Source: Macrostomum lignano
Lineage: Eukaryota
Reading direction: 5' to 3'
Assembly: GCA_002269645.1 (NCBI GenBank)
Contig: NIVC01000006.1
Location: 682,001 to 746,000 of the forward strand
DNA length: 64,000 bases
The notes beneath the pieces are model-generated. The model saw nothing but the letters and a program-made list of their open reading frames with translations. It was not told where the DNA came from and ran no database searches. The translations under genes were made by a program, and so were the position numbers. How positions within the stretch are numbered: the first letter of the stretch is position 1; the number at the start of each line of letters is the position of its first letter. Shown here piece after piece: positions 33,626 through 47,192 of this stretch.

Positions 33626-34265
33626 CTTTAGTTGACATTATGACAGGATTTCAGCTATCACCAAAGCAACTTTTGATTTATCCGCATCTTAGTCGAGTAG
33701 CTAAAAAGATAGCTCCTACATTTCGCAAAATGGTTCCTTTTTACATTTCGCAACTGGCGCAATATGAAAAGCCTCAAAGAAGTTCAGAAGCGGCGGAGTT
33801 AATAGGAATTGAATCAATTTCTGGAATATGCTTTGTAGTTGTTATAATGTAATCATATTTAACTTTTATTGAATAGTTACGCTTTTGTTTACAGATCCGA
33901 AACGGATCTTGTAGCTGGAATATTTCATTTTTGCACCTTGTTAAGCATTAAAGCTCAACCATTGAAACCGTGTAGATCGCGGCAGTCGTATTTTTCACGT
34001 TGGTAAAATGGAGTTGAGACCGACTCTGTACCTCGCAGTAAATCCGAGCGTCTTTGAAGCCTCACTGGGATGCCATTTCTTCCAACATCATTTTGCAAGA
34101 TCATTTTGTTGGGTCAATTCAATTTAATATTTGAACAACTAACCTCCAATAAAATTTTTGCAGGATCTTACAAGTTTAAGATAGATTCCTAAGAGTTTGT
34201 CAGCTAAGAATCATAGAGGACCATGGAGTCAGACTTGAATAATATCGCACCGTAGCTCCAGCCTC

Positions 34266-35756
34266 TTAGTCCAGCAATCCTTGACCAGCGGTCGTCTCCT
34301 CGACGCCCTCCTCAATGGCATCCTGTTGAGTATCTTGAGCCCGACTAGATGACACAGCAGACGACGAAGGTGTCTTAGCGGCGGCGGCGGCCGCACTACT
34401 GGACGTCGGTGGACGGCGCTTGCGGTTGGCCGCGCCGATTCGGCCACCAGCGATCGGCTTCAGCGAGTCCAGCTGCTGCTGGTGCTGCTCCAGCTGGCCT
34501 TTCTCGACGACGATTTCCACGTTAGTGACCGATCTGCCGTCTCGGTTGGACAGCCAGCAGAGCGCCGTCTGGCAGATCAGCGCCAGGATGACGGCCAGGC
34601 CGACGCAGACGTAGGCAGTGCCGTTCGAGTTCGAGAAAGTGCAAGCTTCGGGCGGTCGGATGGTCACCGGGTCACTGTGGAAATTTCCAATTTGAATTTG
34701 CGCCAAATTCTAGTGAGAGTATAACAAGCCCAGATTATTAAGTAGCTCGTATTTGGACACTTGGTTGTGAATAAAGTGGCCAAACGCGTAAGAAAAGTAC
34801 AATATTTGGAATGCAATCGGGGGCGAATATTTCGAAATACGTCGCTAGCAGTCTACAGCAGTTGTCCATGGCCAATGGACAAAACTTTACTGTTTGTCCT
34901 GGCTTACATCTTTTTTCTCAATCTCTGATCAGACAGCCAAAGCAAGGGTACATGCCTGACTATTGGAAAGTCAGGGCCGATGTACACCTCTGTGAGGGTG
35001 TGGATGGGTGCGTGCCCTGAGTACAGTATTGGCGCGCTTTTGCGCTCAGGAGTCAGTGGAATGGGCAGAATTGACTCAGCGCTGGTTGTTCCGCGGGGCC
35101 ACTGCCCTCCTGCAGTTATTATTATTTATTAACCTAGAAGATTCTTGGTTTTTTTCATGATTGAAAGTCTTAGACCAGACAAGCAGACAAAATTCTCACC
35201 TGGTCGAGAACTCATTGACAGAGTCGTTAGCGCTCGACCTTGACGGCTGCAATTTGTTGGCAGTTTTTATTTGGGCTGAGTTAGCAAAACCTAATATTGT
35301 GAGTAGTACAGCGATGATGGCAGCCGAGTGCTGAGCCACTTGGAAGGCCAATCGACGTCTCTGAGCAGTGCTTGAGTCGTTGCTACCTTGTGTCACTACA
35401 GAGCTGCACGCGGCCGTCACACCGACCAAGCCAGACAGGAGCACCAGGCCGGGACTCAGCGACCTGGCAACATCGGTGACAGCCGCTGACTGAGCCTGCT
35501 GGCGGTCGCAGCTGCTGAAGATGGCGCTGAGAGCCAGAGACAGGCTGAGCGCGCAGCAGCACAGCGCAGAGATCAGCTCTGGAGCCAAAAACCGATCCTG
35601 AGGCATCATGCGTCTTGCTGGCTGTACAAGCGTTTGCTGTCCAGAGGCAATACAGGCTTTATGAGGGCCGCACGATTCATTCGTGTGTGCATAAATATCC
35701 GCCGGCTGGACACCCAAACTTAGTTGCGGGCTGCTTGAAATGGGTATTGCGCACAA
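34266..35756 (-). CDS. Putative four-pass membrane protein with low-complexity C-tail (splice structure not fully resolved)
   Basis: Three hydrophobic segments in ORF 35756-35200 (donor AG|GTGAG at 35199) and one in 34709-34266. Donor phase 2 does not match the obvious acceptor (phase 0), so a small intermediate exon is needed. Confidence 0.5.
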
Positions 35757-35999
35757 GGCTGCATTGTTTGGAATTTGAATGCTAAACTGTAAAGATCAGC
35801 TATCGCTGTTAGCCATCTGGACAGAAACTGGGCAATGGAGGCGAAGTTTATGCATTTACGAGCTACACGCGGTTGCTAAATAATATTCTAGTTTGCAAGT
35901 CATGCATATGCTAAATAGTTATTTGAAATCTAAATTTCAGCGATTCTTACCTTTAGTTTCACCACAATCTTTGTTAAACATCGCTCAGGTTTAGTTTAG

Positions 36000-36556
36000 T
36001 CCTATATACTAAAAATGAGTTGTCTGTATGTGGGTAGGTATGCGATAGATTTCAGAAAAAATGGCTCAACCGATTTTCTTCAAACTTGCACCATTTGATC
36101 AGAAATTTTCCTGGGACGGTACATGCATCTTGGCTAAGAAATTTCTCAATTTTAAAGGGATTAAATATTCGAAAAACATGCTTTTTTGCAAAGGTCAAGC
36201 AGCTCTTTCGACCTGAAATGCATTGTAAGAATGCTAGAGAAAAAACTGACTGGCTGAATTCCGATTGTGATAAAGATTGCATCACAAGTTGAAAACAGTG
36301 CCCAAGAAATGCACACACGACTTGATTTAAATTGCGTAACCATATTGCTAACTTAAATTGAGACTGATACTGGCTAAATGAGAAATAGATATCTGACTTA
36401 CTTTTTACTCCAAAGTATGTCTGAAGAAACTTTTTACTCCAATTGACTTGCTGTAAGAATTGAATTATAAGGGCCACAATTCCACAAGAAAAGAGATAGC
36501 CCTGATGCGAACATACTGGAATGCTAATGTAGCGACCTGGCTTCGAATCTTAGTAG
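36000..36556 (+). mobile_element. Possible non-autonomous Helitron-type element
   Basis: 5' TCCTATATACTAAAAATGAGTTGTCTGTATGT...GGCTCAACCGATTTTCTTCAAACTTG resembles common insect/invertebrate Helitron-like 5' ends; 3' end GCGACCTGGCTTCGAATCTTAGTAG is CTRR-like. Based on recalled pattern only. Confidence 0.4.
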
Positions 36557-36654
36557 TGCAAAAAGATTTTTTTATTAAAACACCTTAAAAACACAACAAA
36601 ACTGCTAAACATCAAAGAAGCGCAATGTCAAACATAGAAGAGCCAACATATCGA

Positions 36655-39600
36655 ACATAAAAGAGTTACCATGTCAAACATAAAAACCCACCATGTCAAA
36701 CATAAAAGAGCCACCATGTCAAGCATAGAAGAGCCACCATGTCTAACATAAAAGAACCACCATGTCGAACATAAAAGAGCCACCATGTCAAACATTAAAG
36801 AGCCACCATGTCTAACAGTAAAGAGCCACCATGTCTAACATTAAAGAGCCACCATGTCGAACATTTAAGAGCCACCATGTCTAACATTAAAGAGCCACCA
36901 TGTCTAACATTAAAGAGCCACCATGTCAAACATAAAAGAGCCACCATGTCAAACATAAAAGAGCCACCATGTCAAACATATATGTGACTCCATGTCAAAC
37001 AGTAAAGAGCCACCATGTCAAGCATAAAAGAGCCACCATGTCTAACATAAAAGAGCCACCATGTCAAACATTAAAGAGCCACCATGTCGAACATTAAAGA
37101 GCCTCCATGTCCAACATAGAAAAGCCACCATGTCGAACATTAAAGAGCCACCATGTCTAACATTATACTGTAGAGCCACCATGTCGAACATTAACGAGTC
37201 ACCATGTCAAGTATATTCGTGACTCCATGTCAAACATAAAAGAGCTACCATGAAGAACATTAAAGAGCCACCACGTAAAACATTAAAGAGCTATTATGTC
37301 AAACATAAAAGAGCCACCATGTCAAACATAAAAGAGCCACCATGTCAAACATTATAGAGCCACCATGTCGAACATTAAAGAGCCACCATTTCAAACATTA
37401 AAGAGCCATCATTACATTAAGGTGCCACCAGGTCAAACATTAAAGAGCCACCATGTCTAACATTGAAGAGCCACCATGTCAAACATAAAAGAGCCACCAT
37501 GTCAAACATAAAACAGCCACCATGTCAAACATTAAAGAGCCACCATGTCTAACATTATAGAGCCACCATGTCGAACATTAAAGAGCCACCATTTCAAACA
37601 TTAAAGAGCCATCATTACATTAAGGTGCCACCAGGTCAAACATTAAAGAGCCACCATGTCGAACATTAAAGAGCCACCATTTCAAACATTAAAGAGCCAT
37701 CATTACATTAAGGTGCCACCATGTCTAACATAAAAGAGCCACCATGTCAAACATTAAAGAGCCACCATATCAAACATTAAAGAGCCACCATGTCAAACAT
37801 TAAAGAGCCACCATATCAAACATTAAAGAGCCACCATGTCAAACTTAAAACAGCCACCATGTCAAACATTAAAGAGCCACCATGTCAAACATATATGTGA
37901 CTCCATGTCAAACAGTAAAGAGCCACCATGTCAAGCATAAAAGAGCCACCATGTCTAACATAAAAGAGCCACCATGTCGAACATAAAAGAGCCACCATGT
38001 CAAACATTAAAGAGCCGCACTGTCAAACATTAAAGAGCCATCATGTCTAACATTAAAGAGCCACCATGTCTAACATTAAAGAGCCACCATGTCAAACATA
38101 AAAGAGCCACCATGTCTAACATAAAAGAGCCACCATGTCAAAAATATATGTGACTCCATGTCAAACATTAAAGAGCCACCATGTCTAACATAAAAGAGCC
38201 ACCATGTCAAACATTAAAGAGCCACCATATCAAACATTAAAGAGCCACCATGTCAAACATAAAAACCCACCATGTCAAACATAAAAGAGCCACCATGTCA
38301 AGCATAGAAGAGCCACCATGTCTAACATAAAAGAACCACCATGTCTAACAGTAAAGAGCCACCATGTCTAACATTAAAGAGCCACCATGTCGAACATTTA
38401 AGAGCCACCATGTCAAACAGTAAAGAGCCACCATGTCTAACATAAAAGAGCCACCATGTCAAACATTAAAGAGCCACCATGTAGAACATTAAAGAGCCAC
38501 CATGTCCAACATAAAAGAGCCACCATGTCTAACATTATAGAGCCACCATGTCGAACATTAACGAGTCACCATGTCAAGTATATTCGTGACTCCATGTCAA
38601 ACATAGAAGAGCTACCATGTCTAACATTATAGAGCCACCATGTCGAACATTAACGAGTCACCATGTCAAGTATATTCGTGACTCCATGTCAAACATAAAA
38701 GAGCTACCATGAAGAACATTAAAGAGCCACCACGTAAAACATTAAAGAGCCATTATGTCAAACATAAAAGAGCCACCATGTCAAACATAAAAGAGCCACC
38801 ATGTCAAACATTAAAGAGCCACCATATCAAACATTAAAGAGCCACCGTGTCAAACTTAAAACAGCCACCATGTCAAACATAAAAGAGCCACTATGTCAAA
38901 CATATATGTGACTCCATGTCAAACAGTAAAGAGCCACCATGTCTAACATAAAAGAACCACCATGTCGAACATAAAAGAGCCACCATGTCAAACATTAAAG
39001 AGCCACCATGTCTAACATTAAAGAGCCACCATGTCTAACATTAAAGAGCCACCATGTCAAACATTAAAGAGCCACCATGTCTAACATAAAAACCCACCAT
39101 GTCAAACATAAAAGAGCCACCATGTCAAGCATAGAAGAGCCACCATGTCTAACATAAAAGAACCACCATGTCGAACATAAAAGAGCCACCATGTCAAACA
39201 TAAAAGAGCCACCATGTCTAACAGTAAAGAGCCACCATGTCTAACATTAAAGAGCCACCATGTCGAACATTTAGGAGCCACCATGTCTAACATTAAAGAG
39301 CCACCATGTCTAACATTAAAGAGCCACCATGTCAAACATAAAAGAGCCACCATGTCAAACATAAAAGAGCCACCATGTCAAACATATATGTGACTCCATG
39401 TCAAACAGTAAAGAGCCACCATGTCTAACATAAAAGAGCCACCATGTCAAACATTAAAGAGCCACCATGTCGAACATTAAAGAGCCACCATGTCGAACAT
39501 AAAAGAGCCACCATGTCAAACATTATAGAGCCACCATGTCGAACATTAACGAGTCACCATGTCAAGTATATTCGTGACTCCATGTCAAACATAGAAGAGC

Positions 39601-41155
39601 TACCATGTCTAACATTATAGAGCCACCATGTCGAACATTAACGAGTCACCATGTCAAGTATATTCGTGACTCCATGTCAAACATAAAAGAACTACCATGA
39701 AGAACATTAAAGAGCCACCACGTAAAACATTAAAGAGCCATTATGTCAAACATAAAAGAGCCACCATGTCAAACATAAAAGAGCCACCATGTCAAACATT
39801 ATAGAGCCACCATGTCGAACATTAAAGAGCCACCATGTCGAACATTAAAGAGCCACCATGTCTTTTAACATTAAAAAGCCACCATGTCAAAAATTAAAGA
39901 GCCACCAAGTCTAACATTAAAGAGCCACCATGTCTAACATTGAAGAGCCACCAGTAAAAAATTATAGAGCCACAATGTCTAACATTAAAGAGCCACCATG
40001 TCGAACATTAAAGAGCCACCATGTCTAACATTATAGAGCCACCATGTCGAACATTAAAGAGCCACCATTTCAAACATTAAAGAGCCATCATTACATTAAG
40101 GTGCCACCAGGTCAAACATTAAAGAGCCACCATGTCAAACTTAAAACAGCCACCATGTCAAACATAAAAGAGCCACTATGTCAAACATATATGTGACTCC
40201 ATGTCAAACAGTAAAGAGCCACCATGTCAAGCATAAAAGAGACTCCATGTCAAACATAAAAGAGCCACCATGTCCAACATAAAAGAGCCACCATGTCAAA
40301 CATTAAAGAGCCGCACTGTCAAACATTAAAGAGCCATCATGTCTAACATTAAAGAGCCACCATGTCTAACATTAAAGAGCCACCATGTCGAACATAAAAG
40401 AGCCACCATGTCTAACATAAAAGAGCCACCATGTCAAAAATATATGTGACTCCATGTCAAACATTAAAGAGCCACCATGTCTAACATAAAAGAGCCACCA
40501 TGTCAAACATTAAAGAGCCACCATATCAAACATTAAAGAGCCACCATGTCAAACATAAAAACCCACCATGTCAAACATTAAAGAGCCACCATATCAAACA
40601 TTAAAGAGCCACCATGTCCGACATAAAAGAGCCACCATGTCTAACATTATAGAGCCACCATGTCAAACATAAAAGAGCCACCATGTCAAACATTAAAGTG
40701 CTACCATGTTAAACATAGAAGAGCCACCATGTCGAACATAAAAGAGCCACCATGTCTAACATTATAGAGCCACCATGTCGAACATTAACGAGTCACCATG
40801 TCAAGTATATTCGTGACTCCATGTCAAACATAGAAGAGCTACCATGTCGAACATTAAAGAGCCACCATGTCAAACATATATGTGACTCCATGTCAAACAG
40901 TAAAGAGCCACCATGTCAAGCATAAAAGAGCCACCATGTCGAATATAAAAGAACCACCATGTCAAACATTAAAGAGCCACCATGTCGAACATTAAAGGGC
41001 CACCATGTCAAACATAAAAGAGCCACTATGTCAAACAATAAAGAGACACCATGTCAGACATTAAAAAACCCCGAATCAAACATAAGAGAGCCACCATGTA
41101 GAACATAAAAGAGCTACCATGTCAAACATTAAAGAGCCACCATGTCAAACATAAA
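36655..41155. repeat. 4.5-kb 23-bp minisatellite AAACAT(T/A)AAAGAGCCACCATGTC, about 195 copies, with recurring variant blocks
   Basis: Directly visible. Confidence 0.97.
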
Positions 41156-41254
41156 ATTTACACAATTTCAAACGTAAACGTAAGCGTCATGCCAATTTTA
41201 AAGGAGCCACTATAGAGCTAAGGAAATTGTAGCACTAGCTACTTATTGTATGGT

Positions 41255-41362
41255 GGATGCTTACTATTTGGGGATGCTTGCTATCTGGGGGATGCTTGCT
41301 ATCTGGGCGATGCTTGCAATCTGGGGGATGCTTGCTATCTGGGGGATGCTTGCTGTCTTGGG
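41255..41362. repeat. 18-bp repeat GGGGGATGCTTGCTATCT
   Basis: About 6 units visible. Confidence 0.9.
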
Positions 41363-43446
41363 ATGATTTCTTTTTGCATTACACTTTATTTGAGCAGTTT
41401 GTCTGTCGTCTTTGTGAAGGCTTTTTTGGCTGTCTTTTTGTTACTTGTAGAGAACAGAGATTCTATACAGATGTCCCCCAACGGGGGGCGAAGATTGCTA
41501 GTCTATACTAAATCAGTGGCGTCAGTTACTAAGCATGCATTATAGCCTGAGCCGGCTTACTTCGTCTTCGCACCTTGACTCGCTATATTTTAACGTAACC
41601 CTCACTTCACCCTGTTATTTCCTCTGCAGTTTACCCATCTCGCTTCCCTTGGTCTCAAAATGTTCTGCGATTTCTATTTTTATTGCTCACCCAAATATTG
41701 GCCATCGACCAACTCCAGACCCGAACAGCCCCGACGAATCTCCACTTTTCTTCGTTTTCCTCATGCGTCGTATCTATTTTTAGCCACAGTTGCATGACGT
41801 CATACCGCCGGGAACGAGTTTGAGAGAGCTTCGGGTGGCAACGGCTTTAAAGGAAGACTTTTGAGCACATCTGGCGACTCTATACATGTGTTCACTGGGC
41901 AATTTGAGCCTAAATATCCTCAGTATCGTCGGTTTTCTCAGGAGTGGGACTACATAACATAAGCCGTGCCTTGCATTTTCCTTGATTTGAGATCTCTGGG
42001 GGTAAAATGTACATGAGCGGTGTACAGCCTCGGGGCTAAAACTCTGCCAAATAATTATTGGTTGCATGTGCAGGGACTCACACGGCCTTTATATGCAAAA
42101 AGCTAACATATCTGTACCTAGCAGAGGTGAGCTCTAGATGAATTGTCAGTGTAATTGCGCAATGTATACTTCAGTCTCACTGATGCTTAGTGTATTTTAA
42201 TAGATATTTAATTAAGAATTTAGAAGGCTTGCAAGTGTGACTGAGGTACTTTTAGTTTCAAGTGGAGACAGACATGGCAAAACCAAGTGTTCTTTTGCGA
42301 GCTCGTATTGAACGAGTACGTCGAAATTCCCAGAGACTTGCCGGCCAAAGTGAGGGACAATTTGAAGCGCAAAATTCGAGAGAAAAGTAATTAAAGCCTT
42401 TGCTTCCAAGACTTCTAAAAAGTGAAAACCGGAACCGCGGCAAGAAAAGGCGCCCAGAACAGCGGCGGCGTGTGCTCTTTGCGGAGGATGAAGTCAGGGA
42501 AAAGATCAAAGCACTGCACGTCGAGTCATGTTAAATGGGAATAAGGAGCACCATTGGCCTCTTTACCGCGTGATTTTACAACGAAAAGTAGCATCGGGGC
42601 ATCGGGGAATGGGGGGTTTTAGGTTGGAGAAATTCTTCATGGGAGATCGATTTTTATACCTAAACTTCGCGGATAGAGGCGTGGGGGTCTATTGAAGATT
42701 AGGTATATAAAAGTTTTTGGGGGTCGAAAGTTGGGGGGGGCAGACCAACAAAGGACAATAACCAATAACCAGGGCATTTCATTCTTTGACCCGGACATCA
42801 CAATCCGGATGTCTCAAAGCAAACCTTAGTTTTTCGGCAGGATATTTCAACCTTAGCTTGTGACTATCGGGGGGAGACTGCAAGTACCCGGAGAACGCAA
42901 AGCAGCTTGAGATATCCGGGGGGAGATCAAAAAGCACTTGTACTATGTGGGCGGATCACACAAGACACGGATATCCGCAAGTATAACACCGGTCCACAAA
43001 GTCCTCCCCCCGTTAGAAGAAGTGCGGATGATACGGTATAGATTTCAAAATAAACTCCCAAGTCATGAATGCATCGCTTACGGCTTTGCTTGAAAACCGC
43101 GGATAAATAAAGAAAAACAAATATTAATAGCGATGATGAAGTTTAAAATAGGCACATTCACAATAGCCAGTGTTAAGTGTTAAGGAAGTCTACCCTTCCT
43201 TTCTGCTCCTGTACGTTATTCCGCCGTGAATTGTGTCTCTCATGGAGGTGGGTGTGTGCTCATTGTGCTATCCGAGCTCAGTCTGTGGCCCCTAGGGTAG
43301 ACAGAGAGCATCGCTGATGCTAGTAGAAAAGCCATGTGCATCTAGACATACAAAACAGCAAAAACTGCAGAGAAGCTGCCTTTAACCGAGGCGTCGAGAC
43401 TTCAGAGAATCGCAAGCAGAAATAAAACAGAGCATCAAACGTCGCT

Positions 43447-44072
43447 ATGCTTCATCTTGCAACCAGTGTCTGTCTGCTAATCTTCGTTGAGCTTATTGGT
43501 AAGTGTTCCAGCAGCGTCAGCTGTGCCGTGGTTTTCGTGTATTTTCTGTATATTCAATATTTTCTGGACCTCCAGAGTAGTGCTACCATTGAAAATGAAT
43601 TTGCAGGGACAACCCAGGCAGCGGGCTGCTCAACAGTCACCTGCTACAACGGTGGCACCTGCAACAGCTACACAGAAAGCCCGCCGTGCCTGTGCCCGCT
43701 GCCCTACATCGCACCTTACTGCGAATCAGCTGCAGACTACTGCTTCACCCTGCAGCCTGACAAGGGCATCACTAAGCTGCCTGTGTGCCTGCATCACGGC
43801 AACTGCACTCTGGCGTACACCGATCCATACTTTAACTGCAGCTGCCCCTCTAACTACACAGGTGTAAAAATGCGATTGCAAGTCTTGTGTGACAGACGCT
43901 TGAAAAAAATTCAAGTAGATTATTAGTTCAATTAGGCACCAAGCTGAGTGAAATATTAAAGTTTGATTTGAAGCTTGTATGTACGGGCGTACTCTGTCTT
44001 CGATATCTTTGTTTGTGCCTGACTGACTGTCCGTCTGTCTGTCTGTCCGTCTGTCTGTCTGTCTGTCTGTCC

Positions 44073-44155
<83 letters not shown>

Positions 44156-44639
44156 ATTCTGTCTGTCTGTCTGTGTGTCTGTCTGTCTGTCTGTCTGTCT
44201 GTGTGTCTGTCTGTCTGTCTGCCTGCGTCTGTCTGAACATGAAACTAGCTGCAGTGACACAGCGTGATAAAATACTATCATAAGCATTCACATTTGCTCA
44301 GGTTGGCGCTGCGAGGTACGAGTTGGAGAGGAGGAGACTACAGAATTTTCTACTACCACAACAACCACTGCTGCTACTGAACAGAGTAAGCTACTTTCTA
44401 ACACCAACTACAGTTCAGAGTTTTAAGCATCTAATTGCAGTCATTTACAACAGTTATGACTTTTTTCAGCCAGCGAGCAGAGCCAAATCTCGACAGCGGT
44501 GATCATAGCGACTGCCTGCGGTGCAGGCTTACTGACTGGTGGCGCCATCCTGGTGGGCGTTTATTTGATTCGCTCCTGTCGCCATAAAAAGCCTCAAATA
44601 AAGGAAACAATAACTACGGGTACGGGGAACTTCTATTAG
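43447..44639 (+). CDS. Type-I membrane protein: signal peptide, 2 EGF-like domains, Thr-rich stalk, TM, short tail (EGF paralog 1, 186 aa)
   Basis: Exons 43447-43498, 43607-43861, 44302-44385, 44470-44639 total 561 nt; all phase-1 GT-AG introns. EGF Cys pattern [12 protein letters not shown]...[12 protein letters not shown] and C...CLHHGNC...[12 protein letters not shown]; [26 protein letters not shown]. Confidence 0.88.
44030..44235. repeat. (CTGT)n microsatellite, intron 2 of EGF paralog 1
   Basis: Directly visible. Confidence 0.97.
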
Positions 44640-45289
44640 CAGTACAGTGGATGCGGTTCCACGACCATCGCTGAGGCAATTCTGCCCATTCCGCTGACTC
44701 CGGAGCACATGCAAGCGCGCCAATACACACGCTCACACAGGGTGTACACCTTCTAATCGTCAGGCATGTACAGTCTCTACGTGCCTTGGAACTTGGATTT
44801 TCAGCTTATGCTATTCAAAGAAGCAAGCTTATTTTAAATGACGACTGTTTCGTTAAAATTTGTTGGAAAGTAAAACAGTGTTCTGCATCGCAACTAATCA
44901 AGGTCGAATTTGACGTACAAATTGTCTAAAATATAGAATTTTCAAGTATAATCAACTTGATTTTATTTTTATTATTTCCATCTGCTAAAGCTAAATTGTT
45001 TTGTTATTGTGTACGGCTCTTCAGGCACAATTTAAATTTGCTTTGATGGGTGTTTTTTAAAGACCCGATGTGAATTTTATTGGCTGTCTGTCTGTAATCT
45101 GCACACGAACAATTTTTCTATTTAATCAATGTAGTTTAATTAAATTGTTATTAAATAAATCTGCTATACCATCAGTTCTGATAATCTCCTACTAATTCAC
45201 GTTTACTGTAAATCTTCAATAGTGGTATTGTACGGAAAAAAAATTGATTCGTAAATACATGTATTTTACCGCAAAAGTTTTTGAACGGA

Positions 45290-47192
45290 ATAGCTGGATA
45301 CTGCTACTGGACACGGGAACAGCTGGATACTGCAGGGACATGGGAACAGCTGGATACTGCAGGGACACGGGAACAGCTGGATACTGCAGGGACATGGGAA
45401 CAGCTGGATACTGCAGGGACATGGGAACAGCTGGATACTGCAGGGACATGGGAACAGCTGGATACTGCAGGGACACGGGAACAGCTGGATACTGCAGGGA
45501 CACGGGAACAGCTGGATACTGCAGGGACACGGGAACAGCTGGATACTGCAGGGACATGGGAACAGCTGGATACTGCAGGGACACGGGAACAGCTGGATAC
45601 TGCAGGGACACGGGAACAGCTGGATACTGCAGGGACATGGGAACAGCTGGATACTGCAAGGACACGGGAACAGCTGGATACTGCAGGGACACGGGAACAG
45701 CTGGATACTGCAGGGACATGGGAACAGCTGGATACTGCAGGGACACGGGAACAGCTGGATACTGCAGGGACACGGGAACAGCTGGATACTGCAGGGACAC
45801 GGGAACAGCTGGATACTGCAGGGACACGGGAACAGCTGGATACTGCAGGGACACGGGAACAGCTGGATACTGCAGGGACACGGGAACAGCTGGATACTGC
45901 AGGGACATGGGAACAGCTGGATACTGCAGGGACATGGGAACAGCTGGATACTGCAGGGACATGGGAACAGCTGGATACTGCAGGGACACGGGAACAGCTG
46001 GATACTGCAGGGACATGGGAACAGCTGGATACTGCAGGGACATGGGAACAGCTGGATACTGCAGGGACACGGGAACAGCTGGATACTGCAGGGACACGGG
46101 AACAGCTGGATACTGCAGGGACACGGGAACAGCTGGATACTGCTACTGGACACGGGAACAGCTGGATACTGCAGGGACACGGGAACAGCTGGATACTGCA
46201 GGGACATGGGAACAGCTGGATACTGCAGGGACATGGGAACAGCTGGATACTGCAGGGACATGGGAACAGCTGGATACTGCAGGGACACGGGAACAGCTGG
46301 ATACTGCAGGGACACGGGAACAGCTGGATACTGCAGGGACATGGGAACAGCTGGATACTGCAGGGACACGGGAACAGCTGGATACTGCAGGGACACGGGA
46401 ACAGCTGGATACTGCAGGGACATGGGAACAGCTGGATACTGCAGGGACATGGGAACAGCTGGATACTGCAGGGACACGGGAACAGCTGGATACTGCAGGG
46501 ACACGGGAACAGCTGGATACTGCAGGGACACGGGAACAGCTGGATACTGCAGGGACACGGGAACAGCTGGATACTGCAGGGACATGGGAACAGCTGGATA
46601 CTGCAGGGACATGGGAACAGCTGGATACTGCAGGGACATGGGAACAGCTGGATACTGCAGGGACACGGGAACAGCTGGATACTGGACACGGGAACAGCTG
46701 GATACTGCAGGGACATGGGAACAGCTGGATACTGGACACGGGAACAGCTGGATACTGCAGGGACATGGGAACAGCTGGATACTGCAGGGACACGGGAACA
46801 GCTGGATACTGCAGGGACATGGGAACAGCTGGATACTGCAGGGACATGGGAACAGCTGGATACTGCAGGGACACGGGAACAGCTGGATACTGCAGGGACA
46901 CGGGAACAGCTGGATACTGGACACGGGAACAGCTGGATACTGCAGGGACATGGGAACAGCTGGATACTGGACACGGGAACAGCTGGATACTGCAGGGACA
47001 TGGGAACAGCTGGATACTGCAGGGACACGGGAACAGCTGGATACTGCAGGGACATGGGAACAGCTGGATACTGCAGGGACATGGGAACAGCTGGATACTG
47101 CAGGGACACGGGAACAGCTGGATACTGCAGGGACACGGGAACAGCTGGATACTGCAGGGACACGGGAACAGCTGGATACTGCAGGGACACGG
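45290..47192. repeat. 27-bp minisatellite GGGAACAGCTGGATACTGCAGGGACA(C/T), about 70 copies
   Basis: Directly visible; occasional shortened units shift frame between the spurious ORFs. Confidence 0.97.

Noticed and set aside
32631-34130. Further small genes (ORFs 32631-32852, 33613-33852)
   Set aside because: AT-rich, short, no consistent splice chain or motif; one overlaps a SINE end.
36655-41155. CRISPR-like array
   Set aside because: Units are contiguous with no unique spacers, no cas genes, and the context is eukaryotic. The same applies to the other arrays.
42200-43010. Gene or transposase remnant
   Set aside because: Only short interrupted frames and scattered GGGGGAGA motifs; nothing recognisable.
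43572-43606. ENEFA peptide as part of the EGF proteins
   Set aside because: Phase analysis puts the acceptor at TTTGCAG|GG in all four copies, so this stretch is conserved intron end.
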